Below the pieces are notes generated by a model. The model made no database searches. It had not been told where the DNA came from and saw only the letters and a program-made list of their open reading frames with translations. A program made the position numbers and the translations under genes. A stretch of 64,000 nucleotides of DNA from Acidobacteriota bacterium (lineage in GTDB: Bacteria > Acidobacteriota > Vicinamibacteria > Vicinamibacterales > CAVVIG01): NCBI GenBank assembly GCA_003222395.1, contig QHWB01000069.1, positions 9,660 through 73,659 of the forward strand, written 5' to 3'. Shown here piece by piece: positions 10,005-19,556 of this stretch (position 1 is its first letter; each line of letters opens with the position of its first letter).

Positions 10005-10985
10005 TTACTTGCGACGCGGGCCGGTGTAGTCCTCGATCGGTGGTGTGCCGTAGGTGTGGAAACTCTCGATCGTCTTCAGTCCCCACGCCTGGCCCAATCG
10101 GCGTTCTGCTTCCGTCCAGACGACCGGCGGCCAGTCCGGTGCGAGCACGAGCCGTGCGCCGGCGTTGTCGACCTCGATGCGATTGCCGCCGGGTTCGTAG
10201 ACATACAGAAAGAACGTCTGCTGGATGGCATGCTTGTGCGGGCCCGTCTCGATGTACACGCCGTTCTCGAGGAAGATGTCGGCCGCCCGAAGCACATCTT
10301 CCCTGGAGTCGACAGCGTAGGTCAGGTGGTGAAAGCGACCGCGCGCGCCGTAATGATCCGCGGTGAAGGCAAGGTCGTAGCTCTTGTTGGTCGCTGTCAT
10401 CCACGCGCCCGCTTCCTCGCCGTTGTCGAGAACGATCATTTCGGTCGTCCGCATGCCGAGCACGTCCTCGAAGAAGAGCCGCAGCGCGCGAACATCGGCG
10501 GCCAGCAGGTTCAGATGATCGAGCCGCCGAACGTTCACGCCGCGGGCCGGGTAGCGCTGCGCCTGGTTCTTCAGCGCCGGCTTCAATTGAGGCGGCGGCG
10601 CATACCACTCGGTCTCGTAGTAAATCTCCATCCTGTGCCCGTCGGTCGTGCTGAATGAGAAGGTGCGGCCGTGCCCGAGATCGCCCTCGGTCCACCCGTG
10701 ACCGAAGCCTGCGGCGTCGATAATCGCGGCGCGTCGCTCGAGCGCTTCCGGACTCGTGACCCGAAACGCCATGTGGCCCATGCCCGCCACTTTCGAGGCC
10801 GTGAGCTTGAGCGTATGGTGTTCGTAATCGTCCCAGCCACGTAGGTACACCGACTCGCCGCGCCGATCGTTCACGGTCATGCCCATCACGTCGGTGAAGA
10901 ACCGAAGGCTTTCGTCGGGTTTCGGCGACAACAGTTCGACGTGCGCGAGGTGGGCGAGATCGGATGACCGAATCGTTGGCTTCAC
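10005..10985 (-). CDS. xylE: Catechol 2,3-dioxygenase (extradiol, VOC family)
   Basis: LAHVELLSPK, YLRGWDDYEHHTLKL, RRLDHLNL, HHLTY, GPHKHAIQQTFFLYVYEPGGNRIE (Fe ligands H/H/E). Confidence 0.88.
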   Translation of the reverse strand: MKPTIRSSDLAHLAHVELLSPKPDESLRFFTDVMGMTVNDRRGESVYLRGWDDYEHHTLKLTASKVAGMGHMAFRVTSPEALERRAAIIDAAGFGHGWTEGDLGHGRTFSFSTTDGHRMEIYYETEWYAPPPQLKPALKNQAQRYPARGVNVRRLDHLNLLAADVRALRLFFEDVLGMRTTEMIVLDNGEEAGAWMTATNKSYDLAFTADHYGARGRFHHLTYAVDSREDVLRAADIFLENGVYIETGPHKHAIQQTFFLYVYEPGGNRIEVDNAGARLVLAPDWPPVVWTEAERRLGQAWGLKTIESFHTYGTPPIEDYTGPRRK

Positions 10986-11091
10986 GGCCGTCTAGCCTAT
11001 CCGAGTCGTCCGTGAGCGCGCCACGTTGGGGAACCCGAGACCCGCAGGATGTGAAACGAACGAGAGTGGTATAGTGCATCCCGCTCGAAAC

Positions 11092-11120
11092 TTGACGCGG
11101 AAGTGCGCGAAGAGTATCGC
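11092..11120 (+). promoter_or_regulatory. Putative sigma70 promoter for TBDR1
   Basis: TTGACG, 17 bp spacer, TATCGC. Confidence 0.35.
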
Positions 11121-11187
11121 CAGGACAAGGAGCAGCTCGGTTTCACAATCGAAGTAACCCGTCCGCCGCTCGTGAGGGAGGTCACCA

Positions 11188-14100
11188 ATGATGTTTCGCG
11201 TGATCCTCGCCGTCGTTCTCCTCACACCCGCCTCGCACGCAGTTGCGCAGATCACGTCAGCGACCATTTCGGGCACCGTCAAGGACGAAACCGGCGGCGT
11301 GCTGCCGGGAGTCGACGTCGTCATCAGGAACCTCGATACCGGCCTGAGCCGGAGCGTCGCGACCGACGCGAACGGGTACTTCACGGTGCCCGGCCTTGCG
11401 CCGGGAAGGTACGAGGCGCGTGCCACGCTGCAGGGATTCACGACCGCCGTGCAGACGGGCATCGTGCTGGAAGTCGCCCAGCAGGCCGGCCTCAACGTGG
11501 TTCTGAAGCTCGGCACGACAGCCGAAGCGATCACCGTGACCGGCGAGAGCCCGCTCGTGGATGTCCGCAGCTCCGCGCTCTCGGCTGTCGTCGACAAGAA
11601 GACGATCGAGGAGCTGCCGCTGAACGGACGCAACTACATCATGCTCGCGACGCTGCAGCCGGGCATCGTCCAATTCACCGAGAAGCAGAGCACGTCGCCG
11701 GCGCAGCGCGGCGTGTCGTTGAACATCAACGGCATGGGTGGCCGATCCAACAGCTTCCTGATCGACGGCGCGAACATGCGCGGGTATGCCGGCATGGCGA
11801 CGGTCACGGCGGCCGATTCCACGCTGGGCGTGGAGACGATCCAGGAGTTTCGCGTCGTGACCAACGCGTTCTCGGCCGACTACGGCCGCGTGATGGGGGG
11901 CGTCGTCAACATCGCGACCAAGTCGGGCACCAATGCGCTGCACGGCTCAGGCTTCGAGTTCTTTCGCAACAGCAAGATGGACGCGCGCAACTTCTTCGAC
12001 GGCGACGAGCCGCCGCCGTTCACGCGTCATCAATACGGCGCCGCGGCAGGCGGACCGATACGCAGGAACAAGATCTTTTTCTACGGCGGCTACGAACGGC
12101 TGCAGGAGGATCTCGGACAGACCATCATCACGGCGGTGCCGACGCTGGCCGCACGCGCGGGCAACGTCAACCCGAGCGTCAAACCTTATCTCGATCTCTA
12201 TCCGGCGCCGAACGGCCGCGACCTGGGACCGGGGATCGGACAATACACGTACGAGTTCACGCGCGTGACGCGGGAGAACTTCTTCCAGGGACGAATCGAC
12301 GTCGAGCTGTCCGACAGCGATCTCCTCTTCGTCCGTCATACCTACGACGGATCGCGCCAGGTGTCGCCAATCTCGAGCGGCGCGATCCAGACGACGGGGT
12401 TACCGCAGTTCTTCACGAACTCCACGTCGGGCAACCATTTCTTCACGACGGAGGCGAAGCGGACGTTCACCCGGAACCTGCTCAACACGGCGCGCTTTTC
12501 GGCGAGCGTGCTCACCTACGAGCAGCAATCGGGCAACACGCTGGCCGAGCGGCTGTCTTTCATTCCGGACGCACCGTTCATGGGCACGATCCTGATCGGC
12601 GGTTTGTCGCAGCTTGGCAACTACGCCGCCGAGCCGTCGACCCAGAACATCGACTACTGGACGTGGAGCGACGACCTCACGTACACGAAAGGCAGACACC
12701 TGTTGAAGACCGGCGCACTGGTCGAACATGCGTACGCACAGAAGCTCACGACGGTCAACAGCAGAGGCACGTACACGTTTGCGAACTTCGCGCAATTTCT
12801 GGCGGGCGTTCCGAGCCGCTTCCAGGGCAACGCGCCCGGCTCGAACTTCGAACGCAAGCGGCCCAACACACTCTTTGGCTTCTACGTCCAGGACGATTAC
12901 CGCGTCACGCCGAAGCTGACGCTGAATCTCGGCGCGCGCTACGAGTTCTTCACGCTCCCCACCGACAAGGACGGGCTGGACGTGTATCTCGCGGACATTC
13001 TGACCTCACCGGTGACAACGCTCGGCGGGCCGTTCGTCAATCCGTCGCTCAAGAACCTCGCGCCGCGCGTCGGCTTTGCGTGGGATGTGGCCGGCGACGG
13101 CCGCACCGCCGTGCGCGGCGGCAGCGGGCTGTATTACGACACCGACGGTCCGTACAACAGCTCGCTCGGCATCGCCCTCCAGGCGCCACCCTTCGTGATA
13201 CCGGTCAATGTCTCCGGCTCGGGGATTCCGTTTCCGACGCCGGTGTTTCCCACTGGTACGACGGGCGGTCCGCTGAGCCTGCGCACGATCGACTATCACA
13301 TCAAGCAGCCACGAGGGTGGACCTACAACGTCAACGTGCAGCGCGATCTCGCGGGAAGTTGGGCGGCCATGGTGGGCTACGCCGGCTCACGCGGATACAA
13401 CCTCGTGAACGCCACTGAAGGGAATCCCGTCGTGCCGATCGTGCGATCCGATGGCACATTGTTCTTCCCGGCGGGCGCGCCGCGGCGCAACCCGGCGTGG
13501 AGCAGCATCGACTATCGGAGGTCCGATGGGCGTTCCGCGTACAACGCGCTGCAATCGAGCCTGATGAAGCGCTTCAGCGCCGGATATCAGGTGCAACTGT
13601 CCTACACGCTCAGCAAAGCGATGGACAACGCCGACGCGCAGCTCAGCACCGACACGGTGACGTCATCCGTCTATCCGCAAAACCCGTACGATCTGGACGC
13701 GGAGTGGGCGGTCGCCGCGTTCGATGCGCGTCATGTCTTCTCGGCCAACGCCACGTGGCAGCTGCCGGCGTTTCACAACCACGCGATGCTGGCCGGGTGG
13801 CAGCTCAACGCGATCTTCTCCTTCCACACCGGCTATCCGTTCTCGCCATCGATCCAGACGCCGAACTGGTCGCGCAGCGGCAACATTTCAACCAATGCCG
13901 AGGATCGCCCGAACGTGAAGCCCGGGACGGATCCGACGCGCATCATCAGTGGTGATCCGAATCACTGGTTCGACACCAGCGTCTTCGAGCTGCAACCTCA
14001 GGGGACGTTCGGCAACACGCCGCGCAATTTCCTGCGCGGTCCGGGCTTTGCGAACACCGACGTGTCGCTCGTCAAGAATCAGGCGCTCGCCGGGAACGCG

Positions 14101-14280
14101 AGGCTGCAGGTGCGGCTCGAGCTATTCAATGTGCTCAACCGCGCGAACTTCGCGGCGCCGACGCGGCCCGTGTTCGCCGGCGCGACGCAAAACGAGACGC
14201 CGCTGACGACCGCCGGACAGATCTTGCGAACGGCGAACTCGTCGCGGCAGGTTCAACTCGGAGTCAAGCTGATGTTCTGA
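11188..14280 (+). CDS. TonB-dependent receptor, Oar-like, with N-terminal carboxypeptidase-regulatory domain
   Basis: Signal peptide, ISGTVKDETGGVLPGV, LPLNGRNY, IQEFRVVTNAFSADYG, TKSGTN, C-terminal RQVQLGVKLMF. Confidence 0.93.
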   Translation: MMFRVILAVVLLTPASHAVAQITSATISGTVKDETGGVLPGVDVVIRNLDTGLSRSVATDANGYFTVPGLAPGRYEARATLQGFTTAVQTGIVLEVAQQAGLNVVLKLGTTAEAITVTGESPLVDVRSSALSAVVDKKTIEELPLNGRNYIMLATLQPGIVQFTEKQSTSPAQRGVSLNINGMGGRSNSFLIDGANMRGYAGMATVTAADSTLGVETIQEFRVVTNAFSADYGRVMGGVVNIATKSGTNALHGSGFEFFRNSKMDARNFFDGDEPPPFTRHQYGAAAGGPIRRNKIFFYGGYERLQEDLGQTIITAVPTLAARAGNVNPSVKPYLDLYPAPNGRDLGPGIGQYTYEFTRVTRENFFQGRIDVELSDSDLLFVRHTYDGSRQVSPISSGAIQTTGLPQFFTNSTSGNHFFTTEAKRTFTRNLLNTARFSASVLTYEQQSGNTLAERLSFIPDAPFMGTILIGGLSQLGNYAAEPSTQNIDYWTWSDDLTYTKGRHLLKTGALVEHAYAQKLTTVNSRGTYTFANFAQFLAGVPSRFQGNAPGSNFERKRPNTLFGFYVQDDYRVTPKLTLNLGARYEFFTLPTDKDGLDVYLADILTSPVTTLGGPFVNPSLKNLAPRVGFAWDVAGDGRTAVRGGSGLYYDTDGPYNSSLGIALQAPPFVIPVNVSGSGIPFPTPVFPTGTTGGPLSLRTIDYHIKQPRGWTYNVNVQRDLAGSWAAMVGYAGSRGYNLVNATEGNPVVPIVRSDGTLFFPAGAPRRNPAWSSIDYRRSDGRSAYNALQSSLMKRFSAGYQVQLSYTLSKAMDNADAQLSTDTVTSSVYPQNPYDLDAEWAVAAFDARHVFSANATWQLPAFHNHAMLAGWQLNAIFSFHTGYPFSPSIQTPNWSRSGNISTNAEDRPNVKPGTDPTRIISGDPNHWFDTSVFELQPQGTFGNTPRNFLRGPGFANTDVSLVKNQALAGNARLQVRLELFNVLNRANFAAPTRPVFAGATQNETPLTTAGQILRTANSSRQVQLGVKLMF

Positions 14281-14309
14281 GATCTACGAGGTGGACTGCT
14301 GGGCACTCG

Positions 14310-15125
14310 TGTAGGGTGCAAAAACCTGGTTACGCCGCCGGAACGTACTCGCGAACCACGCCACCAAGACGATCGCGACGGTGGACCTTGAGTTCGTCGG
14401 ACACCACCGCCGGCACTGGACGTATCGAGTGCGGCGGAGTCAGAGCCAGCGCTCGGTGAGGTCGGTGGCCGTTGTAATGATCCACGAAGATGGCAAGCAC
14501 GCGCTCCAGGTGTCGTTCGTTCACGATCAGCATCCAGTCCAGACACTCGGAGCGGATTGTGCGCACGAATCGCTCCGCGACCCCATCGCCTGCGGCACCC
14601 GAAATGGCGTGCGAACGATCTGGACACCCTCGCTTTGGAACACCTCGTCGAAGCTCTGGGCGAATTTCTGATCCCGGTCTCGAATCAGAAAACGAAATGA
14701 CTCCTGGGTGGCGGTCAGCGTCCACGTCAGTTGTCGCGCCTGCTGCGTGACCCACGCTGCGCTCGGATGCGGCGTGCATCCCGCAACATGCACCCGGCGG
14801 CTACCCGGCTCAACGAAGGACAGCACGTACAGCCGTTGCAACCACATGGCCTCGCCGGTGAAGAAGTCGACCGCCATGGTGGTTCGCGAGTACGCTCGCA
14901 AGAACGCGCGCCAGATCGGGCCACGTCATCGCCGGACGACCGATTCGTCGCCGGAGGACGGCGAGTTCGTGCCGCAGCACGATGATTTCCAGTTCTTTGA
15001 AATCGTTCGACCGAACGTGCAAGAGGGCGAGCTGCAGAAGGCGTCCGAGCACGACGTAACATAGCGAGACGAGCACGATGCCTCCTGCGTTGGCCGGAAC
15101 GCCAGGCACATTTTACGCATAGGCC
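14310..15125 (-). mobile_element. Degenerate rve/DDE element, copy D (internally deleted)
   Basis: KELEIIVLRHEL, VDFFT..AMWLQRLYVL, FLIRDRD, AERFVRTIRSECLD, RDRLGGVVREY. End TGTAGGGTGCAAAAA at 14310. Confidence 0.85.
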
Positions 15126-15349
15126 ACCGCACTCAAGATTTCCGCACCGGGATGCGCAACCGAGATTAAAGCACCCTACAAGTACGAAAGGGGACCGGCG
15201 ACAGCATTGGAAGATGGCGTGCTCATCGGATGCCAGCGCGATCCTGCGCGCTGATCCGTTCACAGCGCACAGCATGGCGGGCCGACGTTCGCCACGGAAT
15301 CGCGCGATTGTGGCAAGCAGCCGTTAGCGCCCGAGCGCTTAGAACGCGC

Positions 15350-15421
15350 TTGACTTCGCGTGCAAGTCCGCCTAACACTTCGCGCGAATATCACCGAAAG
15401 AAGAGAGCGAAGCGCTTCGCT
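15350..15421 (+). promoter_or_regulatory. Putative promoter plus LacI-like palindromic operator for TBDR2
   Basis: TTGACT-17-TAACAC. Perfect palindrome AGCGAAGCGCTTCGCT (15406-15421) directly before RBS AGGAGG. Confidence 0.5.
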
Positions 15422-15431
15422 AGGAGGCCCT

Positions 15432-18400
15432 ATGAGCAGCGCTGGAAGCCGGTTTGCGGTCTGGCGACGCGTCCTGCCGTTGAGTCTGCAGCTCCTGGCG
15501 CTCGGCGCCGGCACCGCGCTGGCCCAGTCGAACCTTGGCGCCATCACCGGCATCGTCACCGATCCGCAGAACGCCATCGTGCCTGACGCAACGGTGACCG
15601 CGACGAAGGTGGCGACCGGTCTGCGCACTTCAACTAAGTCGAATTCCACCGGAGTCTACCTGCTCACGAGTTTGCCGCTCGGCACCTACACCGTCTCGGT
15701 GGAACATGCCGGCTTCAGCAAGTACGTTCGCGAAGGCATCTCAGTCGATGCCGGGCAGCGGTTGGGGCTCGACATCGCGCTGACGGTCGGCGCGATGGAG
15801 GAAGCGGTCAGCGTGACTGCGCAGCCGCCGCTCATCCAAGACCGTACATCTGCGATCGATACCACTATCGAGCCGAAAAGCATCGAAGCGCTGCCGCTCT
15901 CCGGAAGGAAGACGCTGAACGTCGTCGCGCTCAGCGGCGCCGCCGTTTTCATCGCATATCCGAGCACGCCGACAGGCAGTCCGTCTTTCACGCTTGCCGG
16001 CGGACGAGGGCGCAGCCAGATGTCGTACATCGACGGCGGCAGCTCACAGAACAGCCGTATCGGCAATCCGCTGATCGATACGGATCTGCCGTCGGATGCT
16101 GTGGCCGAAGTCAAACTGCTCGCCAACAGCGCGTCGGCGGAGTTCGGCGCTTCGGCCGGCGGTGTCGTCATGACGACGACAAAATCGGGCACGAATGAAC
16201 TGCGCGGGAGTCTGTACGAAAACTTCCGCCACGACGCGCTCGATGCGCCAGGCTTCTTCGCGCCCATCGGCAGCGACGGTCACAAGATCGCACCCGAGTT
16301 GCGCTACAACGTCTACGGCGGCACCGTCGGTGGTCCGGTTAGAAGGAACAAGACGTTCTTCTTCTTTTCGTATGAAGGACAACGTCAGCGTTCCGGCAGC
16401 ACACTCACGTTAACGGTCCCGACGCTGCTACAGCGACAAGGTGATTTCTCGCAGACGTTCAACGCTTCCGGAGCCCTGATCCCGATCTTCGATCCCGCGA
16501 CGACGACGATAGTCAACGGCCGTGCGGTGCGCACACAGTTTCCGGACAACCTCATTCCGCAAAACCGCATCGATCCGGTCGCCGCGGCAATCCTCAATTT
16601 CTTTCCGAAGCCAAATCAGGCGCCGATCAATTTGGGGGGCGCGAACAACTTCAGCGGCACGCGAGTCTCGATCATTCCGTCGGATCTCGTGTTCGCAAAA
16701 ATCGATCACGGCTTTACTGAAAGAGACCGTCTGACCGCGCGCTACATGCGGCTGGCGGGCACCGGCTCGATTTCCAGTCGGTTTCCGAATGGAGGCGCGG
16801 GCGATCCTGGTCCCGGTTCGGATTTCGCCGAGCGTTGGGCGATTCGTCTCTTCGGCAACTGGACGCACACGGTGAACGCGAACCAGTTGAATGAATTCCG
16901 CTTTGCCTACAACGATCGCCTGTTTCATCAGTTGAGTGCCGGCCTGGGCGGCAACTACCCGTCACAGCTTGGACTCATCGGAGTTCCGGACGCCGCGTTC
17001 CCGCAGTTCGCGCCAGCGAGCGGCTTCGGCGCGATCGGCTCGACGTCGCAGCAGCGGATCGAGAGTCCGATTCGGACATATCAGTTCATCGACAACTATT
17101 CGTGGATCCGCGGCCGGCATCAGTTCAAATTCGGCGGCGAGATGCGCCGCTCCTTCCACGGAGACTTGCAGCAGAGCACCGTCTCCGGCGCATTCGCCTT
17201 TTCCGCGAACGGGACGGCGACGCAAAGCGCGACCAGCTCATCGTTCTCCGGCGGCAACGGACTGGCGACGATGCTGACCGGATTCGTCACCAGTTTCACC
17301 GAAGTCTCAACGCTGGAGCTTGAGCGGCACATGTACTACTTTGCCGCGTTTGCGCAGGACGATTGGACCGTCGGCCGCAATCTGACGCTGAATCTCGGAC
17401 TCCGCTGGGAAGCGGACACGCCGATGATTGCCGACGATCTCCGCATGAACGGCTTCGATCCGAATCAGATCAATCCTGTATCCGGAACGCCGGGCGTCGT
17501 GAAGTTCGTTGGCGCGGACGGGTGGCCGGTCGCACCGTATTCGACGCATCGGGCGAGCTTCGGACCGCGCGTCGGGATTGCGTGGAAGCCGTTCTCGTCG
17601 AAGACCGTCGTGCGCGGCGGCTATGGACTGTTCTATGCGCATCCGTTCGACGACAGTCCTGGCAACGCGGTCGCGCTTGGGTTTGGAACGAGCGCCAATC
17701 TCTCCACGCCGGACAACGGCATTACACCGGCGTTCTTTCTGAGGAACGGCGTTCCTGCCGTGACGAATCCGACGCTCAACGATTCGTTCGGGGCCGTGAC
17801 CGTCGCACAAGCCGCGGCGGGCAGGACGACCAACGCAGTGACGTATCTCGATCCCGATCGAGCGGTCGGATATTCGCAGCAATTCAACATCGGGATTCAG
17901 CAGGAGCTGCCGGGCAACATGGTCGTGGAGGTCGCGGCGCTGGGAAACTTGTCGCGCAACCTCTCGAACGCGAACCTGTCGGTGAACCAGATTGCGCCGA
18001 ACGTCCTCAGTTCGCTGCAGGCGCAGGGCATCACGACCCAGCTGCAGCAGTACCGTCCGTTCCCGCAGTTCACCGACGTTCTGATCCAATTTCCGACCAA
18101 CGGTCTATCCGACTATTACGCGCTGCTGGTGCGGGCCGATAAGCGTTTTTCGCACGGCCTCAGCTTCGGCGCGAATTACACATGGTCAAGCTATCTCGGC
18201 AACATCACGCAGCCTGGCACGGCGCTCGGCAACGGCGTCGGCAGCCTGATCTACCAGGATTACTACTCCACGAATCCGCGGGCGAATTACGGACCGACGG
18301 CGGACGATATTCCGCAACGCCTGAACTTCCACTGGATTTACGAGCTGCCGTTTGGCACCGGCCGACGCTGGCTCGCCGGTCATCCGCTGCGTCCTGTGGT

Positions 18401-18839
18401 CGGCGGCTGGTCGCTCGGCAACATCTCGACGTTCCAAAGCGGCGCGCCGCTCACCATCACGACGCAAACCAACACGTGCAACTGCTTCTCGGCGGGCCCG
18501 CAGCGTCCGAACGTGACGGGCGACCCGAATGCGGGCAGCCATACCGTGGCATCCTCGTTCAACACCGCCGCCTTCTCGCAACCCGCGGCCTATACGTTCG
18601 GAACCGCCGGCGTGGGCATCGTCCGCGGGCCGGGGCTGATCCAGGTGGATATATCGGTGATCCGCGAGGTCACGGTCACGGACACAGTGCGCACGGAGCT
18701 GCGCGCCGAAATCTTCAACCTGATCAATCACACGAACTTTGGGAATCCGGGAACGGTGTTCGGATCCTCCACCTTCGGCGTGATCAGTTCGGCATTGCCT
18801 GCGCGCCAGGTTCAGCTCGGCCTGAGGTTGACGTTCTGA
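15432..18839 (+). CDS. TonB-dependent receptor, Oar-like
   Basis: RBS AGGAGG before ATG 15432. ITGIVTDPQNAIVPDA, LPLSGR, SAEFG, TKSGTN, ARQVQLGLRLTF. Confidence 0.93.
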   Translation: MSSAGSRFAVWRRVLPLSLQLLALGAGTALAQSNLGAITGIVTDPQNAIVPDATVTATKVATGLRTSTKSNSTGVYLLTSLPLGTYTVSVEHAGFSKYVREGISVDAGQRLGLDIALTVGAMEEAVSVTAQPPLIQDRTSAIDTTIEPKSIEALPLSGRKTLNVVALSGAAVFIAYPSTPTGSPSFTLAGGRGRSQMSYIDGGSSQNSRIGNPLIDTDLPSDAVAEVKLLANSASAEFGASAGGVVMTTTKSGTNELRGSLYENFRHDALDAPGFFAPIGSDGHKIAPELRYNVYGGTVGGPVRRNKTFFFFSYEGQRQRSGSTLTLTVPTLLQRQGDFSQTFNASGALIPIFDPATTTIVNGRAVRTQFPDNLIPQNRIDPVAAAILNFFPKPNQAPINLGGANNFSGTRVSIIPSDLVFAKIDHGFTERDRLTARYMRLAGTGSISSRFPNGGAGDPGPGSDFAERWAIRLFGNWTHTVNANQLNEFRFAYNDRLFHQLSAGLGGNYPSQLGLIGVPDAAFPQFAPASGFGAIGSTSQQRIESPIRTYQFIDNYSWIRGRHQFKFGGEMRRSFHGDLQQSTVSGAFAFSANGTATQSATSSSFSGGNGLATMLTGFVTSFTEVSTLELERHMYYFAAFAQDDWTVGRNLTLNLGLRWEADTPMIADDLRMNGFDPNQINPVSGTPGVVKFVGADGWPVAPYSTHRASFGPRVGIAWKPFSSKTVVRGGYGLFYAHPFDDSPGNAVALGFGTSANLSTPDNGITPAFFLRNGVPAVTNPTLNDSFGAVTVAQAAAGRTTNAVTYLDPDRAVGYSQQFNIGIQQELPGNMVVEVAALGNLSRNLSNANLSVNQIAPNVLSSLQAQGITTQLQQYRPFPQFTDVLIQFPTNGLSDYYALLVRADKRFSHGLSFGANYTWSSYLGNITQPGTALGNGVGSLIYQDYYSTNPRANYGPTADDIPQRLNFHWIYELPFGTGRRWLAGHPLRPVVGGWSLGNISTFQSGAPLTITTQTNTCNCFSAGPQRPNVTGDPNAGSHTVASSFNTAAFSQPAAYTFGTAGVGIVRGPGLIQVDISVIREVTVTDTVRTELRAEIFNLINHTNFGNPGTVFGSSTFGVISSALPARQVQLGLRLTF

Positions 18840-18929
18840 TCGGCGCTTTGCTCCGGCGATACGAACCCGGTACGTCCGCAAAAGTCGCCAACGTTCTGCC
18901 ATCTAACACGGGTCAATCGCCTTCACGTC

Positions 18930-19537
18930 ATCTCCTCCGTGCGCAAGCAAAGAACGTCATCGCCGCCGATTTTTTCACCGTCGACACGATGTGGTTCCAG
19001 CGGTTGTACGTGCTGTTCTTCATCGAGATCGCCAGCCGGCGCGTGCACCTGGCGGGCTGCACCTCACAGCCCAACGGGGAGTGGGTGACGCAGCAGGCGC
19101 GGCAGGTCGCGTGGACGGTCGCTGAGCGCGCGGACCCTGTGCGTTTCTTGATTCGCGATCACGATCGCAAATTCACCGACAGCTTCGATGCGGTGTTTCA
19201 GACCCAAGGCGCCCGAATCATTCGCACGCCGATTCAGGTACCTGAGGCGAATGGGATCGCGGAACGGTTCGTTCGCACCGTCCGGTCCGAATGTCTGGAC
19301 TGGTTGCTGATTGTGAACAGACGTCACCTCGAAACGCACGCTAACGGTGTTCGTTGATCATTACAACGGCTATCGGCCTCACCGCAGCTTGGACCTCGCG
19401 CCGCCGAACGGCCGACCGGCGATTGAGAACTGGGCGGGCACGCGACCGATGGCAGTGAAACGCCGCGACCATCTCGGCGGACTGTTGCACGAATATGAGC
19501 GCGCGGCGTGAGCCGGATCGAATTTGTGCACCGTACA
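18930..19537 (+). mobile_element. rve/DDE element 3' part, copy E (closely similar to copy A)
   Basis: AADFFTVDTMWFQRLYVLFFIE, FLIRDHD, ANGIAERFVRTVRSECLD, ...HEYERAA*. End GAATTTGTGCACCGTACA. Confidence 0.88.
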
Positions 19538-19556
19538 GGAACGACGGCTCGAGGCA

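Noticed and set aside
11103-13418. 771-aa alternate-frame ORF, and similar long shadow ORFs such as 23667-24968 and 29040-29945
   Set aside because: Arg/Ala-rich frames overlapping well-supported genes; expected in high-GC DNA.
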